This document shows, piece after piece, positions 1-10,326 of a DNA stretch of 64,000 nucleotides (position 1 is the first letter of the stretch; every line of letters starts with the position of its first letter). The DNA is taken from NCBI GenBank assembly GCA_965203465.1, contig CBDBCR010000001.1:768001-832000 (forward strand), given 5' to 3'. Both the position numbers and the translations under genes were made by a program. The notes beneath the pieces are model-generated. The model saw only the letters and a list, made by a program, of their open reading frames with translations. It made no database searches and had not been told where the DNA came from. The DNA is from Nitrosopumilaceae archaeon. GTDB taxonomy: Archaea; Thermoproteota; Nitrososphaeria; Nitrososphaerales; Nitrosopumilaceae.

Positions 1-1
1 C

Positions 2-1573
2 AAGTGGCGGCTCTGCCTCAGGCAGGACGACCACAAAGGCAGGCTGCCGGAAAGCCTGCGCGCGGACAAGATCGACATACTCCACGAAGGCGACCGCTGC
101 CCCGTGTGCACGCACAGCAGCGGCGGAAAGAACGCGATAAGGTTCGTTTCGGTGTGCAACGACGGGCACCTTGACGACGTTGACTGGAATTTCGCCGTGC
201 ACGGCGGCCCGTGCGAAAAAGGCGGGCAGCGTCGGCACTTCCTTTGGCACAGAACCGGCGTCGCGCTCAGGCGGATAGACATAACGTGCCCGGCCTGCAA
301 AAAGCAGGCGAACTTTGGGGATCATTTCTACAAGGAACAGAGGTGTTCGGGCAGAAATCCGGAGAGGGAGTCCCTCGGCTCGGGCCCGCACAGGCACAAG
401 TGCCCCAAAAAGTCCAGGATCATGCAGCGACAAGCGGCCAACATCAGGGTTCCGCAGGTGGAGACGTATCTGGCAATCCATCCTGACCGCACGAGGCTCG
501 ACAACCTGGCAAGATCGTCTGGAATAGGCATGGCCGGTCTGATGGCATCCAGACGCCCAGGCGGGCTCGCCAACGACGGCAATTTCAGAGAGTTCATCTC
601 GGCCATGGAAGGCTCGGTTCCTGCTAGCACGATAGCCGAGTTTCAAAGGGCCGAAAGGGAAGAAGTGATACGCGTAGTCAACGACGTAAACTCCGATCAG
701 CCGAAAACATACACCGCGATGCTTGGCCGCGAGTACGGCGTGTTCGTGCGCGCGTCCAAACACGGCGCTCCCCCAGAATCGGGCGCCGGCAGCGGCCCTC
801 CGTCGTTCGAGGTGCGCAGGCAAAGCGTGTTCCCCGTGCCCGCTAGGCACGGACGCAGGTTCACGGTAGTGCCGGTGCAGACCTTGGAGGCCGTCACGGT
901 GCAGTTCGGCTTCCGGCGCATCGTCCCCTCGTCGGCGCCGGCCGGCAGCACGCCGGCAGAAGAGGATCCGAGCCAGCTGGTCGACGTGGGATTTCCCGAC
1001 GCCGGGAACAAACGATGGTACCCCGGGACACTGCTGCGCGGAGAAGGCATTTTCATAACGTTGGACGGCGCGGATCTGGCCCTTTCGAGAGATGCCTCGC
1101 AGGCTTGGAAACGGGGCGCCGGGGAAGCCAAATATCCCGATTACCTGTTTAGGGATCAGGACGCGTCCCGCGACGAGCTGGAACCGGAGTTCGTCTGGTG
1201 GCACACTCTGTCCCACATGCTGGTCAGATCCATAGGCGAGCTTGCCGGGTATTCGGCGGCCTCAATCAGGGAGCGGGTGTACTGCGGGCGCGGGATGAAG
1301 CCCGGCGGGATACTGCTGTACGCGACGCAGCCGGGCACGGGCGGTACGCTCGGGGGGCTGGTGGGCCTCGCCCCGCGCATCGGCTCGTTCATCGCCAGGG
1401 CCGAAGAGCAGGCGTACACGTGCTCTGGCGATCCGGTCTGCGAACAGGACAAATTCGCGCCCGGCAGGGTGATCGGCTCGTGCTGCTACGGGTGCCTCCT
1501 GAACCCAGAGACTTCCTGCGAGCACAGGAACATGTGGCTGGACAGGACGATAGTGGGCGAAGACCCCCCTTGA
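2..1573 (+). CDS. drmB: DISARM DrmB-like protein (DUF1998/MrfA Zn-binding C-terminus), 5' end outside window
   Basis: Frame is open from nt 2. Motifs RFVSVCNDGHLDD, HTLSHML..GYSAASIRERVY, GGTLGGL and the C-terminal CSGDPVC..CYGCLLNPETSCEHRNMWLDR Cys cluster are typical of DUF1998/DrmB. Confidence 0.88.
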   Translation, partial: KWRLCLRQDDHKGRLPESLRADKIDILHEGDRCPVCTHSSGGKNAIRFVSVCNDGHLDDVDWNFAVHGGPCEKGGQRRHFLWHRTGVALRRIDITCPACKKQANFGDHFYKEQRCSGRNPERESLGSGPHRHKCPKKSRIMQRQAANIRVPQVETYLAIHPDRTRLDNLARSSGIGMAGLMASRRPGGLANDGNFREFISAMEGSVPASTIAEFQRAEREEVIRVVNDVNSDQPKTYTAMLGREYGVFVRASKHGAPPESGAGSGPPSFEVRRQSVFPVPARHGRRFTVVPVQTLEAVTVQFGFRRIVPSSAPAGSTPAEEDPSQLVDVGFPDAGNKRWYPGTLLRGEGIFITLDGADLALSRDASQAWKRGAGEAKYPDYLFRDQDASRDELEPEFVWWHTLSHMLVRSIGELAGYSAASIRERVYCGRGMKPGGILLYATQPGTGGTLGGLVGLAPRIGSFIARAEEQAYTCSGDPVCEQDKFAPGRVIGSCCYGCLLNPETSCEHRNMWLDRTIVGEDPP

Positions 1574-1594
1574 CCGGGCCCTGATCCGGCGGGC

Positions 1595-3868
1595 CTACGC
1601 CGGCCTCAGAATCCTGCTTCCGTTCCGGCAGATCAGACCTTCGTCCTCCATGCGGTTCAGCGCCCTTCTGGCGCACTCTAGCCTGTCCATTTCGCCCTGC
1701 ATGCCGGCCTCGCCCAGAATTTTCACCAGCGCGTCGATCATCTGCCCGTCGTCCATCCCGTCCTGTGAGGCCAGCGCTTCCATTGCGGCCTTTTTGGCCA
1801 CCCTGTCCATCTGTTCGCCCCTTTTGGACTCTAGGTCGCTGCTGTGCGAGAACAGGCCTTCTTGGATCCGGGCCACGGCGCCGGTGCGCACTAGGGATTC
1901 TAGCGCCCCGCGCACATCTTCCCTGCGGACGGCCCCCACGCCGATCATGGCTGTAACCTCGTCTTCCGACATGATCTTTTGCTTTTCGCGCTCGAACAGA
2001 TCCCGCACGCGCGCCTCCACGGTGTACTCCCAAGAGCCGCCGTCGCGCCTTACAGGGCTGTCCTGAGCCTTGGACATCTCGGAGAGCAGCAGATTCGTCG
2101 TACAGGCGCTTGCCCCCGCGCTTTCCGCTATCCCGGCCGCGGTCGACGAATGGGACACGCCGCCCATGGCTTTCAGGATCCTCCGCTCAAAGTCCTCGAG
2201 CATGCAAGCCAAATCGCACTCCTCGGCCTCCCGGCGCTGTCCTATCCAGTACACCTCCGTTGTACGCCCCCCTATCCGGGCCCGGCGGTACTCGCCCAGC
2301 GCCCCGCTCCGGAGCAGAAACAGCGCCAAGGACGGCGGGATTCCGCGATCGAGCAGCGAGTCGGGGCTCAGGACGGCGGGCAGTTCTTTGTCAATGCGGC
2401 CTGCCTTCCTTTTGCATATCTCTTTGGCCACGTCTCTGCCTTTTGCGGTCAAGTTCCAACCCTCGGCCTTTTCCACGAGACCAAAGCCGCGCAGGCGAGC
2501 CATCTTTCTGCCGTAGCGGTCAGGTTCCATGCCGAGCGACCGGGCCGCCGCCTCTTCGCTGTACTCTGAGCGCGCGTCCGCCTGCATCACGAAATCGGTC
2601 AGCAGAGCGCCCAGCGCCTTGTATTTTCTGGAAGTGATCACGCCTGCAAGCCCGCTGATGCCGCTTTTTCGCCGGTCGATCACCTGCTCTTCGGTGATCT
2701 GGACCGCGTTGAGTTTTTTCCTAGCTTGGCAGATGCCGCCGTGCGCGTCGAGAAAATGCGTGCCGACCTCGCCGCGCGCCCGGCGGCGGGCGTACGCGAC
2801 GCTCCCACTTTCTGCAGAGATGCACGGCAGCTCCAAGAGCCGCCCGCGAAGGCCTTCCGGGATCTCGCCTGCCTGGACGCTCCCCCTGAGCCGCACCCTG
2901 CCGCACGCCTCCTGCAGGCGCAAAACGCCCAGATCGCCGTCGGCCTCGATGCAGTACAGCGCAGGATCTTCGGGCACGTTGCCCGGATCCCTGTCGGGCT
3001 CGTACCACTGAGCGCCGAGCAGCCTGGCCGTCTTGCGCTCGAAATCGAAGTGCGGCGCTCCGGAAAGCTCTGCGATCTGGTTTTCTGCAACCATCTTGAC
3101 TAGGTGCTCGCCCTCCAGCGATTTGACGTGGACGGCGGGCCCGCTCACCATCTCTATCTTTCCGAATGTGACGAACGGTGCTGCCAGGCGCTGCCGTGTC
3201 TCGGCTCCAGCGAACGGCACTTCGCAAAAGTTCTCCATCTCCAGCGACCGGCCCAGCGACCTTATGTCATCGAGAGCAGTGTACAGAAAGTCAAACTCCG
3301 ACAGGCGTATCCTGCGCCCCGACCGACGCACTTTCCCGCCCGTTTGGTGGATCCTGTTGGCCAGCGGCACGGGTTGACATTTCTCGAGCACGCGGTACCC
3401 GTGGCCGCGTAGATCTTTGCTTTCGGCAGAGACCCTCACCGACATGGGGGCCTGGAGGCCAGGGACGACCGCCGACATTATGGTCCTTTGGGTTTTGTAT
3501 TCCTTGTCGTAGTGCGGCATCTGAGCAAACACGAGCGCCTCGAAACTGGCGGATCTGGTCCTCATATCGGACAGTTTCAAGCGCATCTTCGCTGCTGCCC
3601 GGACGGGCTCCAAGAACACGGCGCGGTACGCTTCGTCGTCCTTTGCAAGCGCGGATATACCGGACAGCCATCTGCACAGGCCTTCCATGGAATTCCGGGC
3701 CAGCTCGTCCCCCCGGTACTCGCTACGACCGATTTTGTCAGGGGTCTTTTCTATTATGCTGCGCGAGTTTGCGGTAGTTCTGAGCGCGTTGTACATGTTT
3801 GTCAGCATCGTGCGCAGGTTAGCCTCTTGCAGGAGGTACTCGCCCTTTCGGCCGTTACTGCGCGGCAT
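1595..3868 (-). CDS. Large hypothetical protein with several winged-helix-like segments in the C-terminal half
   Basis: 757-aa ORF with protein-like composition. wHTH-like stretches: RLRGFGLVEKAEGWNLTAKG, ALESLVRTGAVARIQEGLF, ALNRMEDEGLICRNGSRI. Confidence 0.7.
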   Translation of the reverse strand: MPRSNGRKGEYLLQEANLRTMLTNMYNALRTTANSRSIIEKTPDKIGRSEYRGDELARNSMEGLCRWLSGISALAKDDEAYRAVFLEPVRAAAKMRLKLSDMRTRSASFEALVFAQMPHYDKEYKTQRTIMSAVVPGLQAPMSVRVSAESKDLRGHGYRVLEKCQPVPLANRIHQTGGKVRRSGRRIRLSEFDFLYTALDDIRSLGRSLEMENFCEVPFAGAETRQRLAAPFVTFGKIEMVSGPAVHVKSLEGEHLVKMVAENQIAELSGAPHFDFERKTARLLGAQWYEPDRDPGNVPEDPALYCIEADGDLGVLRLQEACGRVRLRGSVQAGEIPEGLRGRLLELPCISAESGSVAYARRRARGEVGTHFLDAHGGICQARKKLNAVQITEEQVIDRRKSGISGLAGVITSRKYKALGALLTDFVMQADARSEYSEEAAARSLGMEPDRYGRKMARLRGFGLVEKAEGWNLTAKGRDVAKEICKRKAGRIDKELPAVLSPDSLLDRGIPPSLALFLLRSGALGEYRRARIGGRTTEVYWIGQRREAEECDLACMLEDFERRILKAMGGVSHSSTAAGIAESAGASACTTNLLLSEMSKAQDSPVRRDGGSWEYTVEARVRDLFEREKQKIMSEDEVTAMIGVGAVRREDVRGALESLVRTGAVARIQEGLFSHSSDLESKRGEQMDRVAKKAAMEALASQDGMDDGQMIDALVKILGEAGMQGEMDRLECARRALNRMEDEGLICRNGSRILRPA

Positions 3869-4277
3869 GGGACTTCTCCCGACATCTCTTGTACCCGTTC
3901 TTTGGGCTGATCAGGCACTGCGCTTTCCGCCGTGAACATCCGCGCTGCGCCGGCCCGCACGGGCGCCCGCGACGGATTCCCGTCCGTCCCAGGCGCAAGC
4001 GCGTTTTTTCTGCCAACGAAGTGCTAGTCGCACCATCCGTTTATACTTTTATTGTGTAGATTTAGCCGTAGTCAAGCGCGGAGCAGGCATTGCGTCGGCG
4101 CCGCGCCCTCTGCGACGGTCTTCACGGCCCGGCCGATTCGTGCTCCCGTCTCTGCATTCGGGGCGTATGGGGCGGATCTGACAGGGGCGGGTCCCCATCA
4201 CGCCGACCGTCTGAATCGCCACATTCTTGCACATGCAGTTACTACGCTCATCCAGACTCTTATAACCGGCCGCGCGC

Positions 4278-6515
4278 ATGCAGAATCCGTTGGAGTCGCC
4301 GGAACGCATAATGCAGGACGAGTTGTCCAAAGGACTATCCAAGTATTCCGAGAACGCAAAAGAAGCTTATTTGGGGGCGCTACATGCGCTACGGCAAAAA
4401 GAATACCCCGATCGGATCGTGCATTTTGCGCAGTCCCTGCGGGAAGTGGTAGATCAGCTGGCCAGATTCAGCCAATTTCCAGAATGCGAAAAGCCACGAG
4501 GCAAGACAAGAAAGGAATGCCTACAAAAAACGTTTGAGCTGTTTGGCTACCAAGAGCCACTGGATCACCTGTTGGATGGGTTAGCAGACATGTATGCTCG
4601 CCTGAGCCAAGTGGCACATCACAACGAGAAAATGCCCGATGCCGAGGCTCACAGTGTCCTGTCGGAGGTGGAGTCGATATTGGACCAGATAATTATCCCG
4701 CAGTTTGGGATAGACACGGGAACAGACGAGATGCTCAAAGGGCCCCCATCTTTGGATCGTGCACAACGGATCGTCGATTCTCAGACGCGCCCGGCAAACC
4801 CGCCTTATCTAATTGCCAACCTGGATCCTATTTGGCTGCCACACATGAAAGAGGCGGGATTTTTTGAAAATCCGCCACCCGTGGACAGAAACCAAGAGTC
4901 TCGGGCTTACAGACCATGGTTGCCGGCCTCATATCTGTTGAGATGCGTAAAGACACACGGCAAGGATGTAGCCGGAATCATCCTGTCGTGCAAGTTCGCA
5001 GGCCAACCACACCCTATGGCCTGCATCGACTTTCTCAGATGCGCAACCTGCATGACAACGGAAGACATGGAGAAGGTGGCCAGAAAGGCACTGGATGAAA
5101 ATTGGGCTCGTTTCGTAGTGTGGGACTCGTTTGCGACCAAATACGTCGAGGTTGCAGAAAAACTCTACCTGGACGGAAGATACGCCGTTTCTGCCTGCAT
5201 GTTGCTGCGCGCGTTAAGGCTGGAATTGTCCGAGCCCTGGCGCACGGCGCCCGATGCTGCCGTAACCGAACTACGCGAACTTGCGGCGCCGATAGGCGAG
5301 CACCGGTTCCAAACGACCATGCGCAAAATGCCCGCGCTGGCGCGGAAAAACCCGATGCCGATAATAAAACTGCTGGACTGCCTTTTCTACGAATCGGTCG
5401 TACTGGACAACCGGAGGAACGGCCGGGACAGCGGCTACGACGACGGAGGACACTGGCGCATGGCGGTAGAAGACGCTATACGAAGCCCCCCGGTCAGCAT
5501 ACAGTGGATGCTGGTCAGCCGGCTCAGGGACTGCGTAGTTGAAGCGGTGCGAGACGGAAACACGGAAGTGCTAAAGATCCTTTACGTTAGGGATCACAGC
5601 ATGTACCGCCGGCTGGAGCTTCACACGTATGCAGAGTTTCTAGACAAATTCGGCAAAGAGGCCGGGTTGTCCGCGCTGTGGTACTGCGACCGCCCGTGCG
5701 TGCATCACGAGCACTACCGACTTTTGGAAACGGCGTTTTCCAGACTGCCCGCCTGCATAAAGGAGAAAATAATAGAACGCATAGACGGGGGTTTTGATCC
5801 AGACCTTTTCGAATCGATAAAACTGGCACGGGGCGAGGCCAGAGCGACGGCTTGGGAAAAACGTTGGAAGCTCTGTCTCTGGGAGCCCATAAAACCCCAT
5901 TTGGACCAGAACCATACGAGCATGTACGAAAACCTGATCAAAGAGACGGGCAGGCCGGCATCCCCAGAGTACCACCCGTACATGGGGATCTTTGACGAGG
6001 GGCCGGATCCGGCCATGTTTGACGGCAAGGGGCTCAAAGAAGTCTTCGAAATCGTGAAAAAATACGAGCCTCCAGAGCCCTTCGTGTTCCACAAAGACGC
6101 GGCAGAGGGGTTTGCGGTATACGTAAAGGACAACCCGCTGGAATGCTCGCAGAAGGCACTCGACCTCGCATCGGCCCCTTTGCGCATCCAGTACGAGCTG
6201 TTTAGAGGCCTGCGCGATGCAGTCAGGAACGACGTACGCATAGAGTGGAAGGGCGCGCTGTCTCTGATCGACCAAGTCGTGGAGTCCGGCGTCCAAAACA
6301 CAACTTCGGGCCGCCGGTCGTCTCGAGCGATGGGGACGGACCAACGGCCGACCTACATCTACAGCCCGCTTTCGCCGCTCTTGTCGCTGGTAGAAGAGGG
6401 ACTGAAAAGAGACTCTCTGGGGTTTGGTTTGAAAGAAAGTATGCAAGGCGTTTTAGAAAAAATCGTAAAAATAGGTGACGCTTCTACGGAATCACAATAT
6501 CCGGACAAAATATGA
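4278..6515 (+). CDS. N-terminal part of a HEPN-like (pPIWI-associating nuclease-like) plus helical-repeat protein; ends at an in-frame TGA
   Basis: N-terminal PDRIVHFAQSLREVV and RLSQVAHH (R-x5-H) motifs, then a long Trp-rich alpha-helical region. TATA-like CTTATAA about 20 nt upstream. Confidence 0.7.
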   Translation: MQNPLESPERIMQDELSKGLSKYSENAKEAYLGALHALRQKEYPDRIVHFAQSLREVVDQLARFSQFPECEKPRGKTRKECLQKTFELFGYQEPLDHLLDGLADMYARLSQVAHHNEKMPDAEAHSVLSEVESILDQIIIPQFGIDTGTDEMLKGPPSLDRAQRIVDSQTRPANPPYLIANLDPIWLPHMKEAGFFENPPPVDRNQESRAYRPWLPASYLLRCVKTHGKDVAGIILSCKFAGQPHPMACIDFLRCATCMTTEDMEKVARKALDENWARFVVWDSFATKYVEVAEKLYLDGRYAVSACMLLRALRLELSEPWRTAPDAAVTELRELAAPIGEHRFQTTMRKMPALARKNPMPIIKLLDCLFYESVVLDNRRNGRDSGYDDGGHWRMAVEDAIRSPPVSIQWMLVSRLRDCVVEAVRDGNTEVLKILYVRDHSMYRRLELHTYAEFLDKFGKEAGLSALWYCDRPCVHHEHYRLLETAFSRLPACIKEKIIERIDGGFDPDLFESIKLARGEARATAWEKRWKLCLWEPIKPHLDQNHTSMYENLIKETGRPASPEYHPYMGIFDEGPDPAMFDGKGLKEVFEIVKKYEPPEPFVFHKDAAEGFAVYVKDNPLECSQKALDLASAPLRIQYELFRGLRDAVRNDVRIEWKGALSLIDQVVESGVQNTTSGRRSSRAMGTDQRPTYIYSPLSPLLSLVEEGLKRDSLGFGLKESMQGVLEKIVKIGDASTESQYPDKI

Positions 6516-6524
6516 TCACTGGAG

Positions 6525-7451
6525 ATGTCGCGCGCCAACCTCAACGGCATGTCATTCTACGCGGTTTTTCAATACGCCGCGTGGTGCCATAAACACGGTG
6601 AAAAGCAGGCCATGGCCTTCGATGCAAAGCAGTTCTTTGACGATTATCTGGGCGGGCAAGGCCACACGGCCTCCCGGCACGCGGTCTTGGGGGCCTGTTT
6701 GCCCGGTTTTCACCGCCTTGACCGAGAGTGGGCTAGATCGCTGCCACAAAGAGTAACGTCTTCCAAAGAGAGAAAGATCGCGTTCTGGGACGGATACGTT
6801 TCTGGCAGACAAATGTACGCGCACGTGTTTGGTGAACTTTGGAAGTGGTATGACGAGTTCGCCAACAAAGGGATTGCGCGCGATCTGGATATGGCGCAGA
6901 TCCACGAGTCTACGATAGCCCACGTCATGCTGGCGTACTTTTACGGTCTGGAGCACGCAGATGACATAGTAGAAAAGCTGCTCAGACTAAGAGACTGCAA
7001 ATCGATGGCACGCTGCGTGCAGCAGACCGGTTTTATTCTGCGTGGCAAAGGCGACGATCCGAATTTTGACAGAAAAAAACTGGCCAACCTTTGGAAGCAT
7101 GCCGCTTTCGAAAACCATGATCTCGGCATGTGGTTCACGAACACCCCGATGGACAGAAAAACTTCCATAGGCCTGTACCGGGATCACATGACGCGGAACC
7201 GGGGCAAGATCCAGATTGCCTACGACACGGTACGCGAGCTTGACGAGTACGCCAAAGATTTCCCGGAGGAGGTCGCCGAGTGCCTAGAGGTGCTTATAGA
7301 CGGATACGCAGAGGGTGACGTGCCCAAAGAATTTTGCGAGGTTTTTGATGTGGTGTACAAGTCAGAAGATCCACACGTCAAGGCCACGTGCAACAAGGTG
7401 GTGGTAAAGGCGGCTAGGCTGAAACTGAATTGGAGGTATCGGGTCAGGTGA
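6525..7451 (+). CDS. C-terminal in-frame continuation of the 4278 protein (ARM/HEAT-like)
   Basis: Same frame as 4278..6515: ...AAA ATA TGA TCA CTG GAG ATG...; same helical character. Confidence 0.65.
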   Translation: MSRANLNGMSFYAVFQYAAWCHKHGEKQAMAFDAKQFFDDYLGGQGHTASRHAVLGACLPGFHRLDREWARSLPQRVTSSKERKIAFWDGYVSGRQMYAHVFGELWKWYDEFANKGIARDLDMAQIHESTIAHVMLAYFYGLEHADDIVEKLLRLRDCKSMARCVQQTGFILRGKGDDPNFDRKKLANLWKHAAFENHDLGMWFTNTPMDRKTSIGLYRDHMTRNRGKIQIAYDTVRELDEYAKDFPEEVAECLEVLIDGYAEGDVPKEFCEVFDVVYKSEDPHVKATCNKVVVKAARLKLNWRYRVR

Positions 7452-7851
7452 CCGCGAGGGTTTAGTCAGGTCCAGGCGCCCGTGCGGCCGGGATCCGAAA
7501 CCCGCCGTCCTTTGGCTCGCACTACGCGCCGAACCTACCGCCGGGCTGAGCCGACTCTCGGGGAAACCGCGCAGGCCTAGCCGCTTGCCCTGCCGCCCCG
7601 GCCCGGCGCCTGCGTGCTCTGCTACGCGCAACGTCCCAGCCCGTCCCGAGCCGTCTTGTCGGAGCACCGGCTCAGTCAAGCAGCCATGGTTCGGCACCAC
7701 TACGCATATGGCCGCCCGAAAATCAGATCAGGCCGGCCCGCCCACCTGTCCGTAGCAGTCTGGATACTTCTGGCGCGCCCATCTCTAACAGGGGCGCACG
7801 AGCCGGACGGACCCTGAACACTATAAAAACCGCCTAGAACGCCGCCGCGCG

Positions 7852-10326
7852 ATGCGCGTGCAGTCTTGGACGAACGTCGGAGCAAAGTCCGTATTTTGCT
7901 TCTTCGCCTTAGTGTTCCTGGCCTCCAGCGGCGGCCACACCGACCACTGGGACGGCAAGATATACTACCTGATATCCGAATCCATAGTGCAGAACGGCTC
8001 GCTGGAGCTCCGCCGGGATCTCCCGTCGGCAAGCGTGATCGATTTCGACGTAGACTTGGTAATGGCGCAATCTTACGAGCTTCAGAACCCCGGCGAGACT
8101 GTGTGCCTGAACGGATGGGACTTTGACGCCAGAACGTGCAATCCGCACGAGCTGCAGGACGACTGGGCCGATCCAGCGCTGCCCGACGCCATCTACACCA
8201 CGGTGCCGCCCCTGCTCCCCCTCTTGGGGGCGCCGCTGTACGCGACAGAGCGGCTGGCAGGGATGCCCGGCCAGCTGGCCCCGTTCCTCCTGAACCCGCT
8301 TATACTGGCCGGCACGGCCGCGGTGCTGTTCCGGCTGTCCGACGAGATATTCCGCTCCAGAGCAAAGGCGTTCGTGCTGGCCCTGGCGTTCGGCGTGTGC
8401 TCTTTTGCGTGGCCCTACGGGGACACGTTCCTGCTGCAGCCCATAGCGGGCCTGTTGCTGGTATTGGCGGTCTATCTGGCGTACACAAGTTCGGGGCGGG
8501 GCGGCATCCTGCTTCCCGCGCTGGCGGGGGCCGCGGCGGTGGGCGTCATATTCGGCCACAGCGCCAGCGTCATATTCGTCCCCGGACTGGTCGCTTTCTT
8601 TGCGCTGTCCAACCGCGACCGGAAAAAGCTCGGCGCGTTCTTCTCCGGTTTTGCGGCAGTCGCGGCGATACAGCTGTGGCTCAACCAGTTCCGGTTCGGC
8701 GACATGCTGGATTTTGGCTACGGCCACCACTCGGGGCTGGAGACGCACGCCTATACGGACGGCCTGCTGGGCCTCATATTCAGCCCGGGGTTCGGCCTGC
8801 TGGTCAACATGCCTCTCCTGATATTGGCCCCGGCGGGCGCCTACCTTCTGTGGAAAAAGCACAGGGCGCTTGCGGCGCTGGTGGGGTACGTTTTTGCCGT
8901 CTCGCTCGTGTACTTTGGGACGCTGGAGAGCCCCGTGTGGCACGGGTTCGGCGGGTGGGGCCCGAGGTACCTGGTGCCTATAATACCCGTCTTGGTGTTG
9001 CCCCTCGGGTTTTTCCTGGACGGGGCAGCCGGGCGGCTCGCGAGGGCCTCGTTCGCGGCGCTTGCCGCCGCCGGCTTTTTCGTCAACCTGATGGGGACCC
9101 TGGTATGGTACCAGCTCGGTTATACCTACGGATGGAATTCGCTCCGGGCCGACGGCGTGCCGCTCGAGATGCAGATGGACCTGTTCCAGTGGGCGCCGCA
9201 GTACGCCCCCGCGTCGCTCCACTGGAACGTGCTGACTTTGGGATACTGGGATCTCATACAGCCGGCGCCGGGGCAGGCGTACTGGCCCGCGTGCGTGCCC
9301 GACGTGCTGCTGCACTGCAGTTTCGGCCTCTGGATAGTCCCCGCGCTGGTAGCCGTGGCCGCTGCCGGATTTTGGATCTCGACTACTCTCTGGGCGGGCA
9401 GCCCGAGGCGCGCGCTCGCGGCGGCCAGGCAGCGTTTGCTCGGCAGGAGCGCATACGCGGCGGCCGTCCTGGTCCAAAGCCGCCGCGCGCGCACCGCGGG
9501 CTCGGGCCGCAACCGATATTTAGGCTCGGGATCCGGCCCGGCCGTGGACGAATTCTACAGCCCCGTGCCGGACCCCGCCAAAATACCCAGGGAGTTTTTC
9601 GACTCCGAGACCACGTCCATAGACTGGAACGTGGATGTCCAAAAGGAGACGCTCGCGCAGCTCGCCCAATTCGGCCCCGCCTACGAGCCGATCGAAAAGA
9701 ACGACATGTTCGGGTGGCACGACGCGCCGGTGTATTATGCGATGGTGCGCCGCTTCAGGCCGTCCAAGATAATCGAGATAGGCGGGGGCCACTCCACGAA
9801 AGTCTCGGTTGCTGCCTGCCGCGACAACGGTTCGGGGAGCATAACCGTGGTAGATCCGTTCATCGACGATCAGTTCCGGCGCCAGCTGCCCGGCGTCGAG
9901 ATAGTCAAAAAGCCGGTCCAAGAGATTGGGACGGAGTTCTTTGAAGGGTTGCGCGAAAACGACATCCTGTTCATAGATTCTACGCACATCTGCAAGACGT
10001 ACTCTGACGTAAACTATTTGATACTGGAGGTGCTCCCGCGGCTCGGGCCGGGCGTGCTGGTCCACTTTCACGACATCCAGCTGCCCAAGCCGTACCCTCT
10101 CGAGTGGATGGAAAAGTACAAGCTATTCTTCAACGAGCAATATATACTGCAGGCGTTCCTGTACAAAAACGCAGACTTTGAGATAGTCGTGGCCCTAAAG
10201 TACATGGGTACAAAGCACCCCGACCTGCTCAGGGCCATACACACCTCGGAGCCGCCCGGCGGCGGCAGTTTTTGGATCAGAAAAGTTCAGGGCGAGACGC
10301 CGCGCAGCGGCAAGGACCCGTTGTAG
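7852..10326 (+). CDS. Multi-pass membrane GT-C/ArnT-like glycosyltransferase fused to a class I SAM methyltransferase (Methyltransf_24-like)
   Basis: About 12 hydrophobic segments with GGWGPRYLVP; C-terminal IIEIGGGHST, DILFIDSTH, VLVHFHDI and FNEQY motifs. Confidence 0.8.
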   Translation: MRVQSWTNVGAKSVFCFFALVFLASSGGHTDHWDGKIYYLISESIVQNGSLELRRDLPSASVIDFDVDLVMAQSYELQNPGETVCLNGWDFDARTCNPHELQDDWADPALPDAIYTTVPPLLPLLGAPLYATERLAGMPGQLAPFLLNPLILAGTAAVLFRLSDEIFRSRAKAFVLALAFGVCSFAWPYGDTFLLQPIAGLLLVLAVYLAYTSSGRGGILLPALAGAAAVGVIFGHSASVIFVPGLVAFFALSNRDRKKLGAFFSGFAAVAAIQLWLNQFRFGDMLDFGYGHHSGLETHAYTDGLLGLIFSPGFGLLVNMPLLILAPAGAYLLWKKHRALAALVGYVFAVSLVYFGTLESPVWHGFGGWGPRYLVPIIPVLVLPLGFFLDGAAGRLARASFAALAAAGFFVNLMGTLVWYQLGYTYGWNSLRADGVPLEMQMDLFQWAPQYAPASLHWNVLTLGYWDLIQPAPGQAYWPACVPDVLLHCSFGLWIVPALVAVAAAGFWISTTLWAGSPRRALAAARQRLLGRSAYAAAVLVQSRRARTAGSGRNRYLGSGSGPAVDEFYSPVPDPAKIPREFFDSETTSIDWNVDVQKETLAQLAQFGPAYEPIEKNDMFGWHDAPVYYAMVRRFRPSKIIEIGGGHSTKVSVAACRDNGSGSITVVDPFIDDQFRRQLPGVEIVKKPVQEIGTEFFEGLRENDILFIDSTHICKTYSDVNYLILEVLPRLGPGVLVHFHDIQLPKPYPLEWMEKYKLFFNEQYILQAFLYKNADFEIVVALKYMGTKHPDLLRAIHTSEPPGGGSFWIRKVQGETPRSGKDPL

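Noticed and set aside
6513-6515. TGA as selenocysteine or a reassigned codon
   Set aside because: No redox motif or recognisable SECIS, and TGA ends many genes in this window.
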